Positions 11,291 to 30,374 of a stretch of DNA of 64,000 nt are shown here, in pieces. Each line of letters starts with the position of its first letter. The first letter of the stretch is position 1. The position numbers were made by a program, and so were the translations under genes. The notes under the pieces were generated by a model. The model did no database searches. It was not told the origin of the DNA and saw nothing but the letters and a program-made list of their open reading frames with translations. Source of the DNA: the human T2T-CHM13v2.0 reference genome, Homo sapiens; assembly GCF_009914755.1 (NCBI RefSeq), contig NC_060943.1. One strand, written 5' to 3'.

Positions 11291-11872
11291 TTGCCCCCGT
11301 CCCTGATCACCAGGCCACTTGTTTCTATCCTCCCCTGCACTCTCTCTGCCTCCTTGATTCCCACGGGGACAGAGGGGCTACAGGTCCCTGGGCCAGGCCA
11401 ACTTTCCCCTCCAAGTCCCTCTCCGTCAGGTGTCGCCATGTCCTGCAGGGCCCCCCATGGTTCCACTTCCCTCTCCACTTGCCACCCAGAGCCTCAGTCT
11501 CCCCCTCCGTTACATGGGTGTAGCAGTGGGGCTGGCAGCCGTGGTCCCGGGGTCAGGACGTGGGCTCTGAGCCCGCCCTCCCCTCTGTGGCTCTCGTCTA
11601 CAGCTGTCAAATGGGGACGTCACAGTGTTTTAGGATCAAGTGAGTGAATCCAGGTTAAGTTCTGTGGCCGGAACCTGGGGTAGTACTGGAAGCTGCTCCT
11701 TTGGAAATGCCAGCTGCTGTGGCCGCAGGGGCACTCAGGGGTTCTATGAGTGACCACCCGGCAGAGGGAAGCGCCCAGGCTTCACCCATCCCTGCTTTAA
11801 GAACCACCTCAGTGCTCAGGGCAGGGAGTGGGGCGGCACCTTGGAGTGGGTGGGGGTGGAGAAACAATAGCA

Positions 11873-11882
11873 GGGACTTTCC
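11873..11882 (+). promoter_or_regulatory. Canonical NF-kB site GGGACTTTCC
   Basis: Exact match to the Ig-kappa kB decamer, about 850 bp upstream of IL4I1 exon 1. Function is inferred. Confidence 0.55.
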
Positions 11883-12172
11883 TTGGGGTGGGGGAGAGGG
11901 AGCCAGGGGCTCCGTGAGGAGGAAAACCAGAGGGAGGCAGATTCTCTGCAGCAAGGGTTGGGTGGGGGTTGGAGGGCATTAACAAGAAGGAAGATGGGAA
12001 ACTCCCGCAGTAAATCAAAGAGGGATGCGGTTATGGCCGGGAGGGGCTGGGGGGTGAATGTGAGTAACAAGGCATGTGACGCAGGGGCGGGAGGCCGTGG
12101 CAAAGGGAAATGATCAAAGAGCTGGAGAGTTCAGGGACCGAAAGAGCTTGGGTCAGCAAAAATAGTGACGAG

Positions 12173-17341
<5,169 letters not shown>

Positions 17342-17959
17342 TCACTATCAGTTCTGTGGATTCAAGGGAACTAGGGTATCTGAGGTGACCCCAGGGCACC
17401 AGGCTAGTCCCCATCACGGCAGCGCACCCGGTCTGCTTCTTGCCTCGGGAAACCTTTGGCGTCTGAGAGGGTTCAACCTGATGGTGTCTGGAGGGGAGAC
17501 GGGACAAGGGCGCCCATGTGGGTCACTGTGTTTGAAGTCACCAGGGCCCTGGTGTGCAGAAGCCAAGGGTGTGGTCCTGTGGGACAGGCAGGGGAACAGC
17601 CGGGGTCACTGAAACCTGGCTGGGGGGCTGGCTGCTGTGCAAGAAGCAGACCTCGCTTCCGAGCGTGAGGGCTTTGCTCCCTGGGAGGTTCTGTGGAGAG
17701 CCGCTGCCCTGAGTCTGAGGGGCAGATTTTTAAAGCACCCTGACATTTTTGGGGTTTACTGAAAACTTGGGAGCAGTGGTGTGCTGAAGCTGAGTCATAC
17801 CAGGTCATAAGAGCTGATTTACATTTTCAGGAGTTTTTGCTTTGCAAGCCACTCATTACTAAAAAATAAATTGTATTGATGATTAGTTTTTACTAAAAAA
17901 GAATAAAAAGTCATCATTCCCTCATGGTTTGACTACATATTATACTGTTATATGTGCTG

Positions 17960-17990
<31 letters not shown>

Positions 17991-17992
17991 GA

Positions 17993-18136
<144 letters not shown>

Positions 18137-18333
18137 TAATTTTTGTATTTTTTGTAGAGACGAGGTTTCGCCATGTTGCCCAGGCTGGTCTCAAACTCCA
18201 GACCCCAAGTAATCTACTCCCCTTGGCCTCCCCAAAATGTCGGGATTACAGGCATGAGCCACCACACCCAGCCCCCATTTGCCACTCTTATCCCTAAACA
18301 GGGGAAAGCAAAGCAGTAAGAGCTGAGATTCAC

Positions 18334-18456
18334 CTTTAAAAGCCTCTGATTCCAAATTTAGTCACCAAATGTGTTGTCTTCATATGAATTAATGAGGAAC
18401 TTAAGGAAAGGCCATTTGTCAGGACTGGGAAGGAAGCACATCTGTGTATTTTCTTC
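18334..18456 (-). other. IL4I1: Probable non-coding exon of the long IL4I1 isoform
   Basis: Strong acceptor TTTCAGTTTCCCTTTCCAG| and donor AAG|GTGAAT, 123 nt apart, between NUP62 and the alternative coding exon. Confidence 0.55.
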
Positions 18457-18708
18457 CTGGAAAGGGAAACTGAAATTACGATGGAGCCATCACCCGCGGT
18501 GGCACCCAGTCGGTTGCTGATGCTGCTGCGATCTCGGGATCCCTCCTAGACTCCCCCAGGAGGCCTGTTGGGACCATTTCTCACATGGCTTTGGGGCACA
18601 GAGCCTCCTGATTTAATGGAATCACTTGTGTTATTCAGAGTGGGGTGCTCAAGATCCTTTGGGGTATGGGAAGAAAATGCAGAACTTAAAATTTTTTTTT
18701 TGAGATGA

Positions 18709-19025
<317 letters not shown>

Positions 19026-19750
19026 TAGTAGAGACAGGGTTTCACCGTGTTAGCCAGGATGGTCTCGATCTCCTAACCTCGTGATCCGCCCACCTTGGCC
19101 TCCCAAAGGGCTGGGATTACAGGCATGAGCCACCGTGCCCAGCCCCTAATTTTTGTATTTTTAGAAGATACGGGGTTTCACCATGTTGGCCAGGCTGGTC
19201 TCAAACTCCTGACCTCAGGTGATCCACCCGCCTCGGCCTCCCAAAGCTGGAATTTATTTTAAAAATATAACTATAAGAAAGCAATTAAGCTTTGCTAATG
19301 GTTAATATACAAAATAGGAAATAATATGCAAAATAATAGGAAAAATATACATGTACACTTTGGAAATACATGCTCAAATTTTCTCATCATGATTGTGTGG
19401 CCCCTGCCAACGACCTTGTGGGCATTTTTTGGTACCTCCAGCACCAGATCAGGATCAGCTCTAAAAATGGATGCTGAACGCACAAATGTAGGTAAAATGC
19501 AAACTGCTTCCTACCTCCTAAGGGGACTCAAGGCCTCCCTTCCGGCAGAGGGGACAATATGAGTCAAGGCCTATGAACTGCAGGAAAAGGTCCCTGCTGT
19601 AGGTGACAGCTTTCAGAGAGAAGTAGCTGGGTTGTGGGGTCTTCCTCTGGTTTACTGCTCCCACCACACACACCCATGGTTTCTACTTAGACACAACTCT
19701 TGTCCTCCAGAGCCCAAGATGGTGCAAGGAAATTTTATTTATTTATTTGA

Positions 19751-20059
<309 letters not shown>

Positions 20060-20338
20060 TGATCATGACTTCGGGAGACTTTTGGAACCTGGGCCATGAA
20101 TCTCCCAAGTGTTGCCCACAGACTGAGATGGAACAGGCAGCAGGAGGCCAAAGGGGTACACTCCACTCCCCACAGCCCAGGAGATCTGAGTGCTTAGGAC
20201 CATTCCAGTCCATAGAGCGAGGCTGGAGGGTGGAGGAAGAGCATTGGGCCCGTGTCTTTAGCCCCAGGTGACAGGAAGGAATGCTGCCCATGACATCTGT
20301 AACCACTGGAATAGCGCCTTAGGGATGGTACTAGATGA

Positions 20339-20737
<399 letters not shown>

Positions 20738-20977
20738 TAGCACCACCCCTTCCTGGAGCAAACCACGATTTGCATTTGTCTATTACTCTGTCTCATCAAA
20801 CAAAAGCTGCTTCATCGCATACCCCTATGTCTATGCAAGCACTACTTCATTTGCTTGCCTGTGCGTTTCATGTGAATGGCACCCCTGCAGAGTCTCCTGG
20901 AACCTGCTCTTTTTACTCAGCTTTCTCCTCCTAACATTTATCCATATTAACAGCAGCTGTTTTGGTTTCACAATACA

Positions 20978-20983
20978 TTTATT
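20978..20983 (-). terminator. NUP62: NUP62 poly(A) signal AATAAA
   Basis: TTTATT on the + strand, about 1.4 kb downstream of the NUP62 stop. Confidence 0.75.
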
Positions 20984-21672
20984 TAGAAAAGCAACATACA
21001 GTAATAGGTATTTCAGAGAATTCAGCAAAGTATAAAGACAAATACAAAAGATGCTTGGGATACAACCGCTAGCTTCTGCCTTCCACACACAGTGGATTTT
21101 ACTGTAACTGACTAGAGTTACTCTGGTGCCACTAAGTTCCGAGCCAAGTCTACGGCCACCACTGGAAGCTGTGGCTATTTCTGTGGACTGACGTTACACT
21201 GGGCTTCATTGTTCTTTCATTTAACAAATGTGACAGGGACCGGGCTGGGGACACACGGGGAACGACAGTGGGTCTCTGCCCATGGGAACTCACAATCTAA
21301 CAGCGAGACGAGGCACAAACGGCTAGCACAGGATAGCATAACAAGTGCCACCCAAGGTACAGGCTCAGGGTGCTACGGGGACCTGCAAGAAGGCCACCTG
21401 AGCTTCGGGTAGCTGGGAAGGCTTCCTGGAGGAGGTGAGGCCCAAGGTGGGGGTGAGCCTGGGCCAGGCAAAAGGCAGGCCTCTCGGCGCCCATCTGTGG
21501 TTCCTCAACACCCTGTGTGTGCAGGCCCCTCAGCTGACCTGTCTTCTGTGAAATTCTTGATCCCGCTCTGTTCTATTCACACTGTGCTGCTTTGCCTTGG
21601 TGGTTAGCATGGTTAGCTTTCACAAGCACAAGCTCACACTCGAAAACTAGGCTGCTGTCTCCTGGGAGTTTC

Positions 21673-21970
21673 TTTTTTTTTTTTTTTTTTTTGAGACAGA
21701 GTCTCTGTTGCCTAGGCTGGAGTGCAGTGGTGTGATCTTGGTTCACTGCAACACCTCCTGGGTTCAAGTGATTCTCCTGCCTCAGCCTCCCGAGTAGCTG
21801 AGATTGAGATCACAGGCGTCCACCACACCTGACTAATTTTTGTATTTTTAGTAGAGACGGGGTTTCACCATGTTGGCCAGGCTGGTCTTGAACTCCTGAC
21901 CTCAAGTCATCTGCCCGCCTTGGCCACCCAAAGTGCTGAGATTACAGGGGTGAGCCACTGCGCCCTGACT
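21673..21970 (-). mobile_element. Alu in the NUP62 3' UTR (sense to NUP62)
   Basis: Poly-T followed by a reverse-complement dimeric Alu. Confidence 0.88.
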
Positions 21971-22372
21971 TGGAGGTTCTCTTACATTTGGTATTTTTTC
22001 ATGACACCTATGACTATGCTTTGGAGAGAGTGGCTGCCCCCACGACCCTGGCTGGGACCAAGACCATCAGCACTTCTCCATCACCAGGCTGAGCCAGGAT
22101 GAGGTGGGTGGTCGCAGTAGGTGAAAAGGGGCCAAAGATACTCAAATGAAAGCCACAGAAGCCACACCCATGAGGCTGCTGCCTGGGCAGAAGGCCCAGA
22201 ATACCCTCCTAAATGGAAAAACGCAAAGCACACAGCGATCATGTCAAGGGCAGTCATGTGAAAGAAAGAAACAAACAAACAAGTATCTTGCCACAACCCC
22301 AAACTACAGACAACAGGGCGCATTCCCCTCATGAACTCCCTAGGGACCTGCGGGCCCCAGGGCTGCTGTCGC

Positions 22373-23941
22373 TCAGTCAAAGGTGATCCGGAAGCTGCGC
22401 TCCTGCTCCTTGCGCCGGCCCTCGCACACCTTGGTCACCTCCTCCACCTTCCTCTGCAGCAGGGCCGAGTTCTGGTCGATCCACTGCAGTGAGTCCATGT
22501 GCGCATTGAGGATCTTGCAGATCTGCTGCAGTGGGTCACTGGTGTCGGCGGGGGCCCCGGACGTGTTCAGGTGCTCGATGATGTCCTTGAGATCCTGGGC
22601 CATGCGCTTGAGCTGTGCGTCGATGTTCTCAGCCAGCTTGTAGGTTTTCTCACGCTCCTCATCCGCGTGCTGCAGGTAGATGGTCCCGCTCTGCTCCTTG
22701 ACCAACTCCTCCAGTGGGCTCAGCAGGTCTTCCAGCTCCTTCTGCTGGGACAGGATGAAGTCGAGCTCCTGGTCCAGCCTCTTCTGGTCCAGCTTCACCT
22801 TCTCCACCTCGCGGTGCAGGCTGGTGATCTTTTCTCCATTCTCGATCAGCGTGCGGTCCCAGGCGTTGACCTGGGTGGCCTGCTGGAGGAAGTGCCGCTC
22901 CTGGTCCTCTAGCTCCAGGCTCCATTTGTTGATCAGGCTCTCCAGCTGCGCGTAGGTCATGGCGGAGCTGGCAGCCGCCCCTGCAGCTGCGCCAGGGCCA
23001 GGTGGAGCGGTCACGGCAGCTGCTGTATTGCTGGGGATCCCGGCTGGCGCCAGTGGTTTTAAATTCAAGGCAAAGCCGGTGGTGCTGCTGCTGCTGGTGG
23101 TGGTGGCGGTGGCGGTGGCAGCGGTGGATGTTGTTGTGGAGGTGCCGGAAGCTGCTCCAGGTGCCTTTAAGCTGAAGCCCTGTGTCCCAGCAGTGGGGGC
23201 GCCCGCTGTGGTCACAGGGGTACAGAGGGAGAGTCCAGTGGTGGCAGATGAGGTTGGAGCAGTTGCTATTGACGCAAAGAGGCTGGGCCCAGTACTGGTG
23301 ATGGTGGCTGTGGGTGTGGGAGCAGCTGGCTGTGTGGCACCTGCTGTGGTGGCTGCTGGCGTGGCCGGAGTGAAGGGCAACGTGGCAGGTGCCGTGGGCT
23401 GGGCTGAATTCCCTGCTGAGCCAATGTTGAAACCGGAGGGTTGGGCCGTGCTTCCACCAGTGAATGAGAAGCCTCCAGATGTGGTAGCTGGAGCCACAGA
23501 GGTGGTGGAGGGGCCAAACACAAAGCCGGTGGGTGCTGTGCCCTGGCTGGAGGTGACGGTGCTCGATATGGCATTAGTGAGGTTGCTGCTGCCCAGCCCA
23601 AAGCCGCTGGGGTTTGCCATGGCTGGGGTGGCAGCTGTGTTGCTCAAGTTGAGCTTTGAAGCACCGATCCCCAAAGAAAATCCAGTTCCCCCCGAAGCAA
23701 GAGTCGCTGTTCCAAAAGTGAAGCCTGTCGTCTGTGTGGCCGGAGTCTGGGTGGCAAGTGAGAACAGGCCGGTGGAAGGGGTACTTGTGGCTGGTTGGAA
23801 GGGAGCCCCAAAATTAAACCCTCCAGTGCCAGAGGTGGAGAAAGAAAACCCTGTAGCAGGTGTGGTTGTTGCCGTCTTTGCAGTGCCAAACGTGAACCCG
23901 CCTGTAGGGGCCCCAGTGCCTCCAAAATTAAACCCGCTCAT
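22373..23941 (-). CDS. NUP62: Nuclear pore glycoprotein p62, 522 aa, intronless CDS
   Basis: MSGFNFGG start, FG/FxFG repeats, Thr/Ala-rich linker and C-terminal Nsp1-like coiled coil (..SFRITFD*). The exon acceptor CTTTAG| is at 24020-24019. Confidence 0.99.
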   Translation of the reverse strand: MSGFNFGGTGAPTGGFTFGTAKTATTTPATGFSFSTSGTGGFNFGAPFQPATSTPSTGLFSLATQTPATQTTGFTFGTATLASGGTGFSLGIGASKLNLSNTAATPAMANPSGFGLGSSNLTNAISSTVTSSQGTAPTGFVFGPSTTSVAPATTSGGFSFTGGSTAQPSGFNIGSAGNSAQPTAPATLPFTPATPAATTAGATQPAAPTPTATITSTGPSLFASIATAPTSSATTGLSLCTPVTTAGAPTAGTQGFSLKAPGAASGTSTTTSTAATATATTTSSSSTTGFALNLKPLAPAGIPSNTAAAVTAPPGPGAAAGAAASSAMTYAQLESLINKWSLELEDQERHFLQQATQVNAWDRTLIENGEKITSLHREVEKVKLDQKRLDQELDFILSQQKELEDLLSPLEELVKEQSGTIYLQHADEEREKTYKLAENIDAQLKRMAQDLKDIIEHLNTSGAPADTSDPLQQICKILNAHMDSLQWIDQNSALLQRKVEEVTKVCEGRRKEQERSFRITFD

Positions 23942-26900
23942 GGCTCCGGACTCTGGTGGCGGCAGCTACTCTGGCTCCCAAAGCAAATCCGTCGGTGTCT
24001 GCAGCCTTGGGAAGATTTCTAAAGCAGAGGAAGTGACATTGTCAGATGGCAGTTTTGGAAAGGCAAGCTCAGTGGCATGACTGGGCACAGTCGGTTTGGA
24101 GGGTGGTGGGATGGGATAATGATGCATGCTGTGTAACCTAAACTAGGCTCTGCTACATCGAGAAGGATCCAGAAGCACAAAAGCACGCCCCAGGGGTCAG
24201 GTACGAGGAGCCGGGGTGCTAGGGACGTGCGTGGCCATGTTCAGCCCAGTGGAAAGCTCCCACTCTGTGGAGGACAAGGCGGGAGAACAGGACCTTGGAC
24301 CCACCTCAGCCTGAGGAGATCAGATTTGAGGCACTGCCACAAGCGGGACTAGGACACACAAGAACAGCTGTAGGACCTGCTCCCAGCGTGGGACCCAGTG
24401 AGGTTCCCTGGCTGACTCTAGCAGGGTGTGAGCGGATCAGCTCTTGCCACCCTGAGGGCCTCTCTGGACCTCAGAGAGAGAGATGGGGCCGGGAACCCAG
24501 GCTGGATGGCAGGGTCTGGGTTGCTGAAGGCCCCCCAGGCCCACACCTGCACTCTCTAAGAGCAGGAGAGGACACTGGAACTCCTCCTCCTAACTCAGGG
24601 GAGGGTCTGAAACCCATGTGCTCAGAGCACAGATGCCCCTGGCTGCAGTGATTGGCTCAAGGATAAACTGAGACCTGAGCCAGGCAATCGGAGCCTCCCC
24701 TGGGGTTTTCTCCAGGCTTGGAAGGCAGCTGCCTCCTTCACCTGTAGGTGTGGTGTGGAGGATTGCACCTGGGCCTCCCTTGGACACCTTCTCAACCATC
24801 TGCAGACACTGGGACATCACGGGAGACCATGAGCCCCACCAGAGATGGGTGGGGGTGGGGGTGGGGGAGGGATAAAGAGCACCCCAGAAGACCCATGGGC
24901 CACAGTATTTCCATTCAGTTCAAACTGACTTGATTTTGGTAATGTCTAACTGAAAAATCTCCCAGTGGTGCCATCTATCAGCAGGAAGGTCAAAGGTTAC
25001 CTGGTGAGGAAAGGGTGAGAGGGAGTGCTGAATAGGGGTGGTTTCTTTTTCTTTTGGGAAAGGGTTTTTTTCTGTCATACTAGCTGGAATGCAGTGACAT
25101 GATCACAACTCACTGCAGCCTCAACCTCCTGGACCCAAGTGATCCTCCCACCTCAGCCTCCCAGAGTAGCTAGGACTACAGGTGCATGCCACCATGCGTG
25201 GATAATCTTTTTTATTTTTTGTGGAAATGGGATCTCACTCTGTTGCCCTGGTCTTCAACTCCTGGGCTCAAGCGATCCTCCCTCTTTGTCCTCTCAAAGT
25301 GCCAGGACTACAGGCGTGAGCCCTAAAGATGATCAGCAGTATCCTTAGAAGACGGATTTGACTGACTGGAGAAGGGAAGAAAGCTTGTGGTGACACGAGC
25401 AGACTGGAGTGATGCGCTTTGGAATCTGAAGATGTGAGAAAGCCAGGAGCCAAGGAAGGCAGAAGCAGCTCTAAAAGCTGGAAATGGAAAGAGGGAGGCC
25501 CTGTCTCAAAAAAACAAAAGAATAATCAAAGTCAAGACTGAGAAGCCAAGTGCCTGACCCAGAGAAACACCCACGAGGTCTGTTTCCTCTTCCCTCTCTC
25601 CAGGCCAGTTTTTAAATTGCTTGGTGTCTGTCCTCAGGAAATCCCCTTCCAGCTTGAGTAAGAGGCAACCTATCTCACTACCCCCACCCCTTCCACTGCA
25701 CCCTTCTGCTTCCTCACAGGCCCCTAAGTTTTGTTTCGTCTGCTCCTCCTTCTCCACACAGCCAAGCATGCCTGGGGAGATGACCCCAGGGCCAGCTGCA
25801 CACGCTCTGCCTTGTCTAAGCCAGTAGATCTCAATGGGCGTCCATCACTACTGACTGGGAGCATTCAAAATACACAAGGCTGTTAGCTCCACTAAGCCAG
25901 TCTCTCCGGGGCTGGGATGCTGTGGCCCTGGCATTTTCATAAAGCTTTCCTGGGGGATTCTGAGAAAGGTCTCTTCAAGAGGCCACGGCAAGTGCCTGAG
26001 CCCCCAGGACTGCTGGGGCCTGGCCCGGCCTACATCCATTCCTCCCGTTGTGGGACAGAACAAAAGTCCTCACTGCTGAGCCACCTCAAGCCGGTGTGTT
26101 GTTACTGGCAGCTAAAGGCATCTGAGCAGCTACACCTACACATCTCAGTTCTCAAGAACTCAGCTTAAAAAAGCTTTTGCTATTAATAAGTTGTAGCTAA
26201 AATTTCCAAGAAGAGCATTTATAAAAAGCTCTTTGCAACTATGAAAAAACTACAAGGAAAACAATCTTCTGTGGGGACTTGTCTGGCTTAACAGTTCACC
26301 TTTTTTTTTTTTTTTTTTTTTGAGACGGGAGTCTCGCTCTGTTGCCCAGGCTGGAGTGGAATGGCATGATCTCGGCTCACTGCAACCTCCGCTTCCCGGG
26401 TTCAAGCGATTCTCTCGCCTCAGCTTCCAAGTAGCTGGGATTACAGGTGCATGCCACCACGCCCGGCTAATTTTTGTATTTTTAGTAGAGATGGGGTTTC
26501 TCCATGTTGGCCAGGCTGGTCTTGAACTCCTGACCTCAGGTGATCCGCTTGCCTCGGCCTCCCAAAGTGTTGGGATTACAGGCATGAGCCACTGCGCCCG
26601 GCCAACAGTTCACCATTTATTAAGTGCCACATTGGTTTCCAATACTCAGGTGCCAGGGATCTATTCACAATGGTGAACCCATACTGATCCAGCCCTGATC
26701 CACGCAGTTTAGATATGGCCAGGTGAGGTGGCTCACGCCTGTAATCCCAGCACTTTGGGAGGCTGAGGTGGGGGGATCGCTTGAGCCCAGGAACTCGAGA
26801 ACAGCCTGGCCAACATAGCGAGATGCTGTCTCTACACAAAAAACACAAAAATGAGTTGGCCGTGGTGGCAGGCGCCTGTAGTCGCAGCTACCTGGGAGGC

Positions 26901-27329
26901 TGAGATGGGAGGATCACTGGAGCCCAGGGAGGTGGAGGCTGCAGTGAGCTGTGATTGTGCCACTCACTCCAGCCTGGGCAACAGAGTGAGACCCCATCTA
27001 AAAAAGAAAGAAAGGAGACCTACCATTACTCACCGTTTCCTCAAAGCAAACTTTGGGGCAGATCCACTTGACAAATGAGGAAAGTGAAGCCCAGAGTGGC
27101 TGGTTAAGCCACGGTCCCTGCCCTCAAGGCAGCCAGAGTCAAGTCAGCTCTACAACCAGGGCTCAGGGCAGGCACAGGGCCGGGCCACATGCTGTGGGAG
27201 CAGGTTCCAGGGAGAAGCTGAGCGTTGCAGATGCAGCATCAGCCAGGGAAAGGATGGCGGGGGAGAGGCGCCGTCCACGCGGGAGGAAAGGCCTGTGTGA
27301 AGACAGGGAGGCCCACACAGCAGACATGC

Positions 27330-27925
27330 CTCTGGGTGCTAAGTGATCTGGTGCTTCTGAAGGGAGATGTTTATGTGTGAAGGAGTGACTTGGCAAGCCT
27401 GGGCTGTTCAAATCTGCACATTCCAAAGAGAGAAAATGGCCCTTGACCAGCTCCAGGAGAATCTCTATGTTCTTGAAATGTGCTGCCAGATAAGAGCGCC
27501 TTTGTTTACCTGGGGCCCCAGGCCACTCTAGAGAGTCCATGTTGACGCTGTGACCTAGAGTGGGGGCTTTGGGTCATACAGTATCAGCACGACCTCTGGA
27601 GGGGCTGGAGTCAGCAGACCTCAGTTCAGCCACACGGGTGCGCCATGTCCTCCCCACAACCCGGGCCGCCACTGCTCCGTAAGCGTTACCACACGCTGTT
27701 GCAGGGAGAACTGAGCACTGTCCGCGGGACTCTCTCTACCTGCAGAGGAGAGCTGGAAGCTCGTGCCTGGTCTCCCTTGGGGCTTTTGCATCTCTCCCCT
27801 TTGCTGTTTTCAGTCTGTATCATTTCTCCATAATAAACCGTGACCGTGACTGTGAGTAGAAAGCTTTGCTGAGCTCTGTGAGTCTTAGCTCATCACTGAG
27901 CCGCAGGGTGGTCTTGGGGACTGTG
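27330..27925 (+). mobile_element. MER21-like LTR remnant (boundaries approximate)
   Basis: AATAAACCGTGACC...GCTTTGCTGAGCTCTGTGAGTC...GGGTGGTCTTGGGGAC resembles the MER21-type LTR 3' end as I recall it. Confidence 0.5.
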
Positions 27926-28459
27926 GGCCACGTGACAGGCGGGAGAATCTGGCAGACCCATACATACCATGCTAACGGTTCGGGCGTTATATTGAGGGAG
28001 CCACAGGCGGACTTTATGGGTGTGGGGGATGAACCGTAGGGGTAGAGGCTGGAGGCCAGGTGGCTTAGAGAAGACTGGGAGAAGGTCCAGGCCAAGAGCC
28101 TGAGGCCCGAACTGGAACTCAGAGAGGACAGCATCACAATTTGAGCAAAGTGTTAAATATGCACCAAAACCACAGGGTCTGTCCAGGTTAACAGTGACAG
28201 GCCAGGCATGATGGCTCACACCTGTAATCCCAGTACTTTCGGAGGCCAAGGCAGGAGGATTGCTTAAGCCCAGGAGTTTGAGGCAAAAAACAAAAAACAA
28301 AAAGCCACAAATACTAGAACTTGGGAAGTTTCTCACAAATGCAAACTATTACGAGCTCTGATCCCGGAATTACCACATTTGCCAAAGGGGAGAGTTTCCT
28401 TACCAAAGAAGCTGATGGTGCTGGTGGCGGTGGAGGAAGCAGGGAGGAACCCAAACTGA

Positions 28460-29134
<675 letters not shown>

Positions 29135-29290
29135 TAAAGTGCTGTGATTACAGGAGTGAGCCACTGTGCCCGGCCCCCAACCCCTTTCCTTAGATGCCTG
29201 GGACAGGAGTCTGTGCCTGGGAAAGAATACAGGAGACCTCAGCTTTGGACCAAAAGGAAAGGAAGAATTAGGAAGGATGTGTGTTATGTG

Positions 29291-29734
29291 TGTGGGGGGG
29301 TAGACAGAAAAACGGCCCCCAAACATGCCCACACTCTGATCCAGGACCCTGTCAATGTGACCTTACATGGCAAAGGGACTTTGCAGATGTGATGAAGATA
29401 AAGAGGTTACCCTGGCTTATCCACGTGAGCCCCAGGTGACCACAGGGGTTCTTCAGGGAGGCAGGAGTCAGAGGGAGATGTGCCTATGGAAGAATGGACT
29501 GAGAGACACTGTGCTGCTGGCTTTGAAGATGAGGGGGCCACAAGCCAAGGAACACAGGCGGCTTCGGCCTCTAGAGCTAAAGAAGGACATAGCCTCTCCC
29601 CTAGAGTTTCCCAAAGGAACTACACACCATGCACCCATTTAGACTCTGGACCCCCAGCACTGTGAAAATACATTCGTGTTGCTTTAAACCACTACATTTG
29701 TGATGACTTGTTACAGCAGCCACTAGAAACCAAT
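29291..29734 (+). mobile_element. MaLR (MLT1-type) solo LTR
   Basis: GTGACCTTACATGGCAAAGGGACTTTGCAGATGTGAT and TTGCTTTAAACCACTAC..TTGTTACAGCAGC..AGAAAC are MLT1 hallmarks. Confidence 0.75.
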
Positions 29735-30374
29735 GGCGGTAGGTTGAGGGACGATGGAGAAAGAACAGAATGAAATCTAGATAGGTGGATGGGAATACAC
29801 AGAGCAGAGCTGGGGTTGAGAAAGGGGCTGGGGTCAGGGGCAGGTCTGCCCTTGTGCATGGAGACCAAGGCGGCTGGTACAGAAAGGAAAGTGAGGTGTG
29901 ATTCTGAAAATCCAGACATCCCCTGGTGCTGGGGCAACCCTGCCAGGACTGTGGATGTGTGTGGGTGGATTGCCACTGACACCCAGCCACGATAGGCCAT
30001 CTATGATGGGAGGGAAGGACAAGGTTGCCTCCGAACACAGAGGAAGGCTAACGGTGGGGATGGTGTCGGCTCCACTGGGCCAGATTTCCGTTTGTTCCCT
30101 GCTGTATTCGCAGCACCTGCAGCAGTGCCTGGTACACAGTAGGGACTCAGTAACAACCATTTACTAGGGACCTACTGTGTAACCGGCACCGTGCCAGAGC
30201 ACTGCACTGCAGCACACCGAGCCCTTCCTGGGTGGGAAACAAGTGCAGACTCCCCAAGGCCACCCAGCAAACAGCAGCCCCATGATGGGAAACCAGAGCT
30301 TTCCAGGGCCAAGTCTTGACATTCTGCCTGGGACGGGAGAGTTTCATTGAGGAAAAGATGTTAGAATTAAGTGT

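Noticed and set aside
22959-24080. 373-aa + strand ORF antisense to NUP62
   Set aside because: It is the codon-aligned mirror of the Thr/Ala/Gly/Ser-rich NUP62 region, which lacks codons whose reverse complement is a stop. It is low-complexity and has no independent gene signals.
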